A program made the position numbers and the translations under genes. The notes beneath the pieces are model-generated. The model searched no databases. It had not been told where the DNA came from and saw only the letters and a list, made by a program, of their open reading frames with translations. A stretch of 64,000 nucleotides of DNA from an uncultured Elusimicrobium sp. (GTDB lineage: Bacteria; Elusimicrobiota; Elusimicrobia; Elusimicrobiales; Elusimicrobiaceae). The DNA is taken from contig CAYQAU010000003.1 of NCBI GenBank assembly GCA_964415545.1, forward strand, positions 82,427 to 146,426, read 5' to 3'. Numbering within the stretch: the first letter of the stretch is position 1; the number at the start of each line of letters is the position of its first letter. Positions 50,044 to 57,931 of the stretch are shown one piece after another.

Positions 50044-51903
50044 ATGCATATTAGTCAAATAAAAATAGAGAACTTCAGAATATTTAAAAAATTAGAGCTA
50101 AAACTTAATAAAGGTTTAAATGTCTTTGTGGGGGAAAATAATTCAGGAAAGACTGCTATTTTAGATGCTATAAAATACGTTTTAGATACTAATTCTACAG
50201 AGTATTTGAATATCGATAGAGAAAACGATTTCCATGTAGATGCAAATGGGGGGATATCTAATACTTTTTCAATAAAATTAACTTTTTCTGAATTAAATAG
50301 AAGTAATGAAGCAACTTTTTTACAGTATTTAACTTATGAAGAAGTAGGGGATAAGCTTGAGCCTAAATTATATCTGACTTTAACGTGTAATAAAGAAGAT
50401 GAGGGGCGTAAAGGATATATTCGCAGGCATGTTAAAACAGGAACGGAAGGGGATGGAAAAGAATTAGAGGCTACTGTAAAAGAACTTTTAGAGGTAACAT
50501 ATTTAAAACCATTAAGGGATGCTGAGGTAGAGCTTAAAGCTGGAAGAGCCTCTCGTTTAGCTAAGATTTTAGAAGGATATATAGACCTTCCAAAAGAGAA
50601 ATTTGAGGATAACAACTTTGATTTATTTCAAAAAATAGATCAATTTCATGAGGAAATGGGGAAAAAGATTGACACAATAAAGGGTGAAGATCAAGCAATA
50701 TCTACTAAAATCAAAGAAGGATATTTGAATAATTTAGTGCTAGGTGGAGAAAAAGATATTAATTTGGGCCTTAAGACTAAAGATAATAAGACAAAATATC
50801 GTGATATATTGTCTAAATTAAATTTGGAATATAACGATAAGAGGGGAAAGCAAGGTCTTGGATATCAAAATATTTTATTTATGGCAGTTGAGATGCTGTT
50901 GTTAGAAGGAGAACTCTATAACTATGCTCCAATCATGCTAATAGAAGAACCAGAGGCGCATTTGCACCCCCAACTGCAAATAAAACTTCTTGATTTTATC
51001 TCAAAGCATGAAAAAGAAAATCTTCAGATATTTATGACCACGCATAGCCCTAATCTGGCATCAAAAGTTAATATTGAAAATTTATATTTGTGTTTAGCGC
51101 AGGGGATATATTCTTTAAGAGCAGAGGAGACAATGCTAGATAAAGAAGATTATGTTTTTTTAGAGAAATTCTTGGATGTCACAAAAGCAGATCTATTTTT
51201 TGCAAAAGGGCTTGTTTTGGTAGAGGGAGTTTCTGAGCAGTTATTATTTCCAAAAGTAGCTAAACTATTGTCATTAGATATATCTAAGAAAGGGATTTCT
51301 ATTGTCAATGTTGGTAGCACGGCATATGGGAGATTTGTAAAGATATTCAAAAGGCGAGATGGAGCCGATATTCCAATACCCATTGCTTATGTAACTGATT
51401 TGGATATAATTAACTATTTTCAAGAAGGGGATGTGAAGTCTTCCTTAGTAGAAGAGAAAAGAAACTCAAAGTTGAATTTAAATTCAAAATATCATCAAGG
51501 GTTTGTTTCCAAATACAGAACATTAGAAGTGGACTTAATTCATAAGAATAAAGAAAAAGTTTGTCAGTCTATGAGAAGATTTATAACTCCTCGAGAAGAG
51601 TATGAAAACGGAAGTGTAAAAAATCTTTTTGATTATATTAATGATAGTAAGCACAAATCTCATTTAGCGTACCATCTTATTAACTTGGATCTGCGTAAGG
51701 CTGCTGAAGTCCAATGTTTTTTAAATGGCAAATCTGATAAAAGTGAATTTGAAAATCTTGTTTTCTCTTTAGGCTTGTTGAATTCTCATTCTTGGACACC
51801 AGAGCAAAGGAGTATAGCAGAAAATATTCTTCTTTTGAGAATAGATGATATTCCAGAGTATATTAGCAATGCAATATCTTTTGTGGATAACAATATAGCA
51901 TGA
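50044..51903 (+). CDS. gajA: OLD-family ATPase-TOPRIM nuclease, Gabija GajA-like
   Basis: The N-terminal ISQIKIENFRIFKKLEL...VGENNSGKTAILDAI is an ABC-type Walker A. Walker B / D-loop: MLIEEPEAHLHPQ. TOPRIM-like LVLVEGVSEQLLFP and YVTDLD. It is followed by a UvrD-like gene with an ATGA overlap. Confidence 0.7.
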   Translation: MHISQIKIENFRIFKKLELKLNKGLNVFVGENNSGKTAILDAIKYVLDTNSTEYLNIDRENDFHVDANGGISNTFSIKLTFSELNRSNEATFLQYLTYEEVGDKLEPKLYLTLTCNKEDEGRKGYIRRHVKTGTEGDGKELEATVKELLEVTYLKPLRDAEVELKAGRASRLAKILEGYIDLPKEKFEDNNFDLFQKIDQFHEEMGKKIDTIKGEDQAISTKIKEGYLNNLVLGGEKDINLGLKTKDNKTKYRDILSKLNLEYNDKRGKQGLGYQNILFMAVEMLLLEGELYNYAPIMLIEEPEAHLHPQLQIKLLDFISKHEKENLQIFMTTHSPNLASKVNIENLYLCLAQGIYSLRAEETMLDKEDYVFLEKFLDVTKADLFFAKGLVLVEGVSEQLLFPKVAKLLSLDISKKGISIVNVGSTAYGRFVKIFKRRDGADIPIPIAYVTDLDIINYFQEGDVKSSLVEEKRNSKLNLNSKYHQGFVSKYRTLEVDLIHKNKEKVCQSMRRFITPREEYENGSVKNLFDYINDSKHKSHLAYHLINLDLRKAAEVQCFLNGKSDKSEFENLVFSLGLLNSHSWTPEQRSIAENILLLRIDDIPEYISNAISFVDNNIA

Positions 51904-53735
51904 CTACTTTGAATGAATTAATATTTATTACTGATAATGATATTGACTCCTTGCTGTCAGTATATAACGATAAATATCCCGAAGAATCCAAGGGTTTTTG
52001 TACATTAAGAAAATCAATTATAAAAAATTTGGATACTAAAGATTTTCACGCCGTTGCTGGCAGTGGAAAAACAACTTTATTAGCATTTAAAATAGCTCTA
52101 ATTCTTAATAAATGGCCGTATAAAAGCAGGGGTATTTGTATACTATCTCATACTAACGTTGCCAAAGATATCATAATCAAAGAATTGAAAAATATAAATC
52201 CACACTATTCTTTGGAAAAATTTCCCCATTTTATTGGAACAATACAACAATTCGTGGATTCATATTTGGCCATCCCATATATAGACAGTCTTGTTTCTAA
52301 AGTGAAATATATAGATAGTGAACAGTATTGGAATAGATTTAAAAACATGTTTGGTTTTTGGGAGTCTCCTCAAGTAATAACTAGATTTAGAACGCTTTTT
52401 GATTTTGTATCCTATCTTAAGGGAAATACTGCAAATGAATATTGTGCTCGTTTAAAGTTGGTTAATATTGATGCAAAAAGAAATGCAACAAGTTTTTTTA
52501 ATTCAAAAAAAACTCTTGTATCTAAAATTGAGACAACTCTATTATCTGAAGGGGTGTTTACATATGAAAATATGTTTGATTATGCTCATAAGTTTATAGA
52601 AAAACATCCCAGTATTATTGAAGTATTGCGACATAAATTTCCCTTGATAATAGTAGATGAAGCCCAGGATACTAATAAAAGACAACACTATATATTAGAA
52701 GAATGTTTTGCCAATTCAGATAATAATATTTTTCAACGAATTGGGGATCCGGATCAGGCTATATATGATTTTGATAAAGAGGATGATATAAGCGAAGAAA
52801 TGTTCTCTAGAGCGGATAATAATCAAAAAATCACCGAGAGTTATCGATTTTGTAAAAAAATTGCTGAAGAAACAAGCAGATATTCTCTTTCTTCAACAGA
52901 TGTTATTAGCAATATCGATCGTAATGAGATTGAGGAAATATCGTTTGATACCTCATCATCATCATCAGATGTTATAGAGAAATTTATAACTCTTTTATGT
53001 GAGAATCGGGACAAGTTACCTGAAAATCCTATTATTAAAATTATTGGTGCTCAGGGAGATAACCCTACAGATGGAGCGTTAGATATTCAATCATATATTC
53101 CAGCATTTAATAAAAAAATTAAAAAAAACAAATTTCGAACTTCCAATATCTTTCAAGCATTAGAATATTTACATAAAAATATAGTCGGCAATTTTGCAAA
53201 TAACTATGAACTGATTATTGATTGTATTGCACGATCTTCTACTATCGATACCAAAAGACTTTCTCGTATGGAATTTATAGCTTTTTTGAATAAAACCTCA
53301 CAGCTAGATATTCTAAATAAGATGATTTTTGCTTGGTTAAATCTTTATACTCCGATATCCAAAGCAAAAGTTGAAGAAGATTTATCTTTACTCTTGGGTA
53401 TAACTTTTAACTATGAGATACTTTGCGACTCAAAATACAAAGAAGAAGCTCCTAACGTATCATCATATATAAATATTAATGGAACACAGATTCCCATTGT
53501 AAATAATCTTTTTAAATATGATAATTTGACTTTTTATATTGATACTATACATGGAGTAAAAGGTGAAACTCATGATGCTACATTGGTTTTAGCTACAAAA
53601 GATGGAACGACCTCCACAGACATACAAACATTACGTGGTAAAAAAAAGAAAAACACGCATAAGCCTCAATGGAAAAAATTATATGTTGCCATGAGTCGCC
53701 CCAGACATATATTGGCAATAGCAGTTCCTAAATAG
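51900..53735 (+). CDS. gajB: UvrD-like SF1A helicase, Gabija GajB-like
   Basis: Walker A AVAGSGKTTLL and Walker B LIIVDEAQDTN. C-terminal blocks: DTIHGVKGETHDATLV and LYVAMSRPRHIL. Confidence 0.7.
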   Translation: MTTLNELIFITDNDIDSLLSVYNDKYPEESKGFCTLRKSIIKNLDTKDFHAVAGSGKTTLLAFKIALILNKWPYKSRGICILSHTNVAKDIIIKELKNINPHYSLEKFPHFIGTIQQFVDSYLAIPYIDSLVSKVKYIDSEQYWNRFKNMFGFWESPQVITRFRTLFDFVSYLKGNTANEYCARLKLVNIDAKRNATSFFNSKKTLVSKIETTLLSEGVFTYENMFDYAHKFIEKHPSIIEVLRHKFPLIIVDEAQDTNKRQHYILEECFANSDNNIFQRIGDPDQAIYDFDKEDDISEEMFSRADNNQKITESYRFCKKIAEETSRYSLSSTDVISNIDRNEIEEISFDTSSSSSDVIEKFITLLCENRDKLPENPIIKIIGAQGDNPTDGALDIQSYIPAFNKKIKKNKFRTSNIFQALEYLHKNIVGNFANNYELIIDCIARSSTIDTKRLSRMEFIAFLNKTSQLDILNKMIFAWLNLYTPISKAKVEEDLSLLLGITFNYEILCDSKYKEEAPNVSSYININGTQIPIVNNLFKYDNLTFYIDTIHGVKGETHDATLVLATKDGTTSTDIQTLRGKKKKNTHKPQWKKLYVAMSRPRHILAIAVPK

Positions 53736-53737
53736 TG

Positions 53738-54673
53738 TCAGACAGATCTTAAAGCCTTGTTGAGTAAAGTTTTCACTTCTTCCTTTAGTTTTTTTGGTTG
53801 CAAAATACTTATATATGGTACCCATTGCATGATTATTTGGATGGCTTCGCGAGGGTTGGATACATAGCTTTCTATAGTTAAAGATCCATCTTTCCATTCT
53901 TTGGTTATCTTTTGAAGTGGAAAAATTTCCTTTACCTTAAAGTAGTGGGCTATTTCGGGTAATACTTTAACCACTACTTTTATATCTTTTTTCTCGTCAA
54001 ATCAGATGTTTGGGCTTTGATCCAATAATTTGCATATGTCTTTAGTCATTTTAAAAGTTTTATTGGTTGCGGCGGCTTCTAAAATATTATCCAAACGAAA
54101 TTTTCTCATTTTACTGCCAATACAGTTTGTTCTTAGCCCTAATAAATACCAAAAACCATCATAATTTATAATCTTTAAAGGGCGAAGTTGATAGGATAAT
54201 TTCTTAGTAGGGGCATGGGTTAAAGTCATGTTAATCCAGGTATTTGTTTCTATTCCTCGTTCTAAAACTTTTGTTACTGCGGTTTCCTCATATTTAAGGC
54301 CCTTTGGCATTTTTATGTAAAAGGGGGAATCGGCATTCGTATTAAATATCTTGTTTTTAAGGCTTTGGAAGGAGCTATCAAAGCGCGCGCCCAATGGCTT
54401 AACAATATCGGACATTAGCACAAGCATAGACGCTTCCTCATCAGAAAGCTTCACTTTTTTTAGGGAAAATCCATCATAAAATCTTAACTGCCCAGGTTTT
54501 TCGTTAAAGAGGGGGAACCCGGCATCCTCTATAGTCCTAATATCGCGCTGTATTGTGCGGACGGAGACATCTAGCTCCCTTGCTACATCGGCAACTATCA
54601 AGCTGCCGTCAGATAGTATATTTAGCAGGCGCACTATTCTTGTTAATCGTTTAAAATCGTGTTCTTTTTTCAT
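53738..54673 (-). pseudogene. WYL-domain transcriptional regulator (HTH-WYL-WCX, YafY/BrxR/CapW-like) interrupted by one in-frame TGA
   Basis: The N-terminal HTH reads RLTRIVRLLNIL...VADVARELDVSVRTIQRDIRTIEDAGFPL. The central WYL-like block reads YQLRPLKIINYDGFWYLLG. The 223-aa ORF stops at TGA 54002-54004. The same frame continues into the 78-aa ORF (53738-53974), which carries the WCX-like end (WVPYISILQPKKLKEEV). Confidence 0.7.
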
Positions 54674-54696
54674 ATTTACATCATAACAAATAATGC

Positions 54697-54712
54697 CGAC
54701 AAATTTATGTCG
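54697..54712. promoter_or_regulatory. palindromic operator candidate CGACA-N6-TGTCG (site 1)
   Basis: CGACAaatttaTGTCG, located 24-39 nt upstream of the WYL regulator ATG (54673, minus strand). The half-sites are identical to those of site 2. Confidence 0.45.
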
Positions 54713-54763
54713 CTATTATTTAATGGGTTTTATTACCAAAGTAACACCCTTAAAAGTGTTGCG

Positions 54764-54891
54764 TCATATCTGAAAAAGAGATATGAGGATTCGAAACCAA
54801 GGTGATAGCCAATTTTCTGACTCGTAAGAGTCAGGAGGCGGCATATCATTTAGAGCGTTTCGAATCCCTCAAAAATGATTGCCGCTTTTTT
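54764..54891 (+). ncRNA. structured RNA / transcription-attenuator-like element
   Basis: A small hairpin spans 54764-54786. A long imperfect hairpin spans 54785-54870. Within it, P1 has 13 bp with one bulge, P2 has 10 bp including two G-U pairs, and P3 is CTGACTC-gtaa-GAGTCAG. An alternative stem pairs GCGGCATATCATT (54838-50) with AATGATTGCCGC (54874-85) and is followed by T6 (54886-91). It shares nt 54840-50 with P2. Confidence 0.4.
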
Positions 54892-54927
54892 ATTGGCTAT
54901 TTACACATAAATAATAATTTGTTTGTG

Positions 54928-54943
54928 CGACAAGAGGTTGTCG
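54928..54943. promoter_or_regulatory. palindromic operator candidate CGACA-N6-TGTCG (site 2)
   Basis: CGACAagaggtTGTCG, located 60-75 nt upstream of the lipoprotein ATG (55003). Confidence 0.45.
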
Positions 54944-55002
54944 TTATCAAATATTAGAATAAATTAGGCTATATGCTATAAATATAAACTTAGGAGGAAG
55001 GA

Positions 55003-55998
55003 ATGAAGAAATATATACCATTACTACTTACGCTGGTTCTTTGTGGATGCTCCGTTATTAATACTCAACTTTTGGGGAAGTGCCCATGCAATAATGCCAG
55101 AAACTATATGGATAATGTATCAACATTGCAAAGCAATATCGAGAAATATATAGGTGTTTTGCCACCTATATGCGAGGATATAAAAAGGCAAATTAATACC
55201 GATACCCCAGATATAAATGCCCTTTTGAACTACTTAAAAGTAGATAAAACAACGGGCACCAAGGCCGCTTTGGCTAAATATGAACAGTTACGCGCCTGCG
55301 CTAATGTATACAATAGAATTGTTGAAAGCCAGAAGGATATTGAAGCGTCTAAAAAAGATTATTATGAGAAGCAACAAGATCTTCTTTGTCCGACAGGCTG
55401 CTTCATTGCAATGAACATTGATAAAACTAAAAACGTATTCTTTGATTTTAAGGAGTTATATGATGCCTATTTGGTAAAAATTAATTCTCCGCTTGCAGTT
55501 AAAAATCCTAAATTGGAAATTGATAGGTTTTCCACCTTGGCAACAATGCTTTTTAACTATTATTATGATAAGGAGGCTGCTATCTTTAAATCTAAAACCG
55601 GCGGTTTAAATTTATGCGCGGGAAGTGTGTCGGATTTTATGCTTACCACCACTAAAAAATCGCCTATTATATATAGCAATAGTAAATACACGTATTTTTT
55701 ATCGGTTCTATCAACAGGCTATAATGGTGTTTTGGTGTCAGATTCATCAAATGCGCCCTATAATATGTTTGATAAGATGATATTTGTGTATACAAAGGAT
55801 AAATACGCAACAAGTAGTCCGCTTAAATCCGGCTATTATAGTTACCGGGGCATATATGATTACACTACCGTTATGGGGTATCTAAACTCAGTACATTCCT
55901 TTAAGGCGGTTGATATTAATAAACTCCTGGGAAGTTTACTTTTTTATAAGTATAAATATGAAATATCGCAAGAATGGTTTGGCCGAGGGTGGCGATAG
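55003..55998 (+). CDS. lipoprotein of unknown function (331 aa)
   Basis: AGGAGG SD and a lipobox LVLCGCS. The mature part is Cys- and Tyr-rich with no motif recognised. Confidence 0.65.
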   Translation: MKKYIPLLLTLVLCGCSVINTQLLGKCPCNNARNYMDNVSTLQSNIEKYIGVLPPICEDIKRQINTDTPDINALLNYLKVDKTTGTKAALAKYEQLRACANVYNRIVESQKDIEASKKDYYEKQQDLLCPTGCFIAMNIDKTKNVFFDFKELYDAYLVKINSPLAVKNPKLEIDRFSTLATMLFNYYYDKEAAIFKSKTGGLNLCAGSVSDFMLTTTKKSPIIYSNSKYTYFLSVLSTGYNGVLVSDSSNAPYNMFDKMIFVYTKDKYATSSPLKSGYYSYRGIYDYTTVMGYLNSVHSFKAVDINKLLGSLLFYKYKYEISQEWFGRGWR

Positions 55999-56006
55999 TT
56001 TTAACG

Positions 56007-56038
56007 CTTGACTTACTGCTTTATGTAAGCGTAAATAT
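56007..56038 (+). repeat. promoter-like island motif, copy A (diverged)
   Basis: CTTGACTTactgctttatgTAAGCGTAAATAT. It shares CTTGACTTACTG with copy D. It lies 9 nt after the lipoprotein stop and 37 nt before the ATG at 56075. Confidence 0.5.
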
Positions 56039-56074
56039 CTTTAGTTGGTAAATTAGATGAAAGGAGGATAAGTT

Positions 56075-56638
56075 ATGGCAATGCTGAGTGAGGAAGTTGT
56101 TGAGGAATGGTTAAATAGGCGGGGTTTTTTTACTATAAGAGGGATAAAAGTTGGTCTTAATGAAATTGATCTTCTTGCTATTAAAAAAACGGATACAGGA
56201 GTGGATGCCTGGCATGTTGAGGTCCAAGTTTCTATAAATCCAGTAGCTTTTATAAGCAAAACCAGAAGAGCAGATAGGGCCTTTGGGATTGGGGCCAATA
56301 GTGCAAGGGCTAGGACTAGAGAGGTTCTTGCTGAGTGTGTGGAAGAGTTTGTTAATAAAAAGTTTAACGGAGATGATATAAAAAAAGTCAGGAACAAACT
56401 CTGGTCAGGCGATTGGAAATATTTTATGGCTTTAGGCAATGTCAAAGATGATAGGGAACCGGTCCTGATAAAGGCCGCGGGAGTAGGTGTGTTTTTTATT
56501 AAAGATATAATAAAAGCTTTGGGAGAAAACAAAAATAATGATTTCGTTATTACAAAAGCAACAGGTGGGGATTTAGTGGATTTAGTTTTGATTAAAGATA
56601 AACTTGAGGATACATCAGAACTATGCTTAAACAAATAA
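56075..56638 (+). CDS. YraN-like PD-(D/E)xK nuclease-fold protein (187 aa)
   Basis: AGGAGG SD. The N-terminal EEVVEEWLNRRGFFTIRG...NEIDLLAIKK...WHVEVQVS matches the E...EID...EVx pattern of the YraN/UPF0102-type endonuclease fold. Confidence 0.5.
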   Translation: MAMLSEEVVEEWLNRRGFFTIRGIKVGLNEIDLLAIKKTDTGVDAWHVEVQVSINPVAFISKTRRADRAFGIGANSARARTREVLAECVEEFVNKKFNGDDIKKVRNKLWSGDWKYFMALGNVKDDREPVLIKAAGVGVFFIKDIIKALGENKNNDFVITKATGGDLVDLVLIKDKLEDTSELCLNK

Positions 56639-56710
56639 GGAAAGGCAAAAATAAATATTTTTGATGCGCTTGGGTGGCAGCTTACGGCTATAGAAATATT
56701 TTTGCTTTGC

Positions 56711-57902
56711 ATGGTTTGTGCCAGCCATATCTGCGCCGAGATGTTTGATGAGACTAAAGCAAAATCCACCCTAATATTGACGATACTTAAAGGTAATATA
56801 GGCACGCTTGAGGAAGTCAATATACTGCTAAATAAAAAGCAGTCTAAATTATTTAAGAAAAATATTCTTCTAGACAAAACCAGCTCCATACATGCATCCC
56901 CGGGTTTGCTTGGCATGTTCTCATCGGATAAAGATGATTATAAAAGCAAAATTATTGAATACAGCCCCTCAAGCTTATATGAGGAGCTAAGCAAATATGT
57001 CCGTGGGCACGAAGGCGCCAAACAGCAATTTTGTATAGGTGTTTTTGAGCATCTTGTGCGCTGCCACGCCATGAAGCGCAAAAAAATAAAAATAAAAAAG
57101 AACAATATTTTAATAGCCGGGCCAACAGGCAAAGGAAAAACTTATATGTGCCAATGCATGTCAAGGATACTCAGCATGCCAATGCTTACTTTTGATGCCA
57201 CGCAATATAGCGAAACGGGCTATATCGGCATGAGCGCAAGTGATATTATTTCAGATACCTACCAGGCAGTCGGCGGCGAGGGTGGTAAGCTAAAACCCTG
57301 CATTATTTTTATAGATGGAATTGATAAGCTAGCCTCTCGCCCAGGTCGCTATGGTGAGACGAAGGGGGTTGTTGTTCAACGCGAACTTTTAAAAATAATA
57401 GAAGGCGAGGGTTGTGTTCTAAACGATTCTATGAGTCGCGACAGAGCATATTTTGATGTCTCCAATGTTTTATTTGTTGTGGCAGGCGCATTTAGCGGGA
57501 TAGAGAAGCAAAAAATCCACTAGCAGCGTAAATATCGGTTTTATAGCGAAGGAGGAGGCTGCGCCGCTGCCACCACTAAACGCGCAGGATTTGGCTATTT
57601 ACGGCCTTATCCCAGAGTTTGTTGGTCGCTTTGGGTATTTGATAGAGTTTGAGGCGTTATCCGAGGCAGATCTTAAAGATATATTACTTGACTCAGAAGA
57701 AAGTATTATAAGTAACTATAAACAGTTGTTTGAAATTTGCGGGGACTCCTTTGCATTGCCAGAAGATCAAATTGAAAAACTGGTGGAGGCTGCCTATAGA
57801 AGCGGCACTGGTGCGCGTGGCCTAAACAATGCGGTAAACAGCCTTATAAAAGAGAGGATGTTTAAAATGTCTTTCAAGCCGAGGCAAACGGCGAAACGGT
57901 AA
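56711..57902 (+). pseudogene. ClpX-paralogue AAA+ unfoldase, broken by a +1 A insertion in an A6 tract
   Basis: Part 1 (to 57523): GAKQQ..., Walker A GPTGKGKT, pore loop ETGYIGMS, Walker B IIFIDGIDK and VVAGAF. Part 2 uses the other frame, open from 57504 (track ORF 57591-57902): NIGFIA (IGF-like), LIPEFVGRF and TGARGL. Removing one A from 57510-57515 joins the two parts. The start codon is uncertain (ATG 56711, or later Met codons). Confidence 0.75.
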
Positions 57903-57931
57903 ATAAAAGATTAAAAACAAATGGAGAAACT

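Noticed and set aside
53972-54004. TGA reassignment (code 4 or 25) or selenocysteine as the explanation for the in-frame TGA in the WYL gene.
   Set aside because: TGA terminates several well-supported genes in both halves of the window at positions consistent with family lengths. I see no obvious SECIS-like hairpin immediately downstream, and WYL regulators are not selenoproteins.
56636-56710. The nuclease ORF (56075) and the ClpX-like ORF (56702) are in the same frame, separated by one TAA. A possible fusion or a degenerate ClpX zinc-binding domain spanning the stop (…LCLNK*GKAK…LLCMVCASHIC…).
   Set aside because: Sharing a frame has a 1-in-3 chance. Only a CxxC plus one further Cys is present, and the spacing does not match the C4 ClpX zinc ribbon. 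There is no independent support for a fusion.
56053-56916. 287-aa minus-strand ORF overlapping the nuclease and the start of the ClpX-like gene.
   Set aside because: It has an S/L/F-rich low-complexity translation, no SD and no motifs. The plus-strand genes have strong SD sequences and recognisable motifs.
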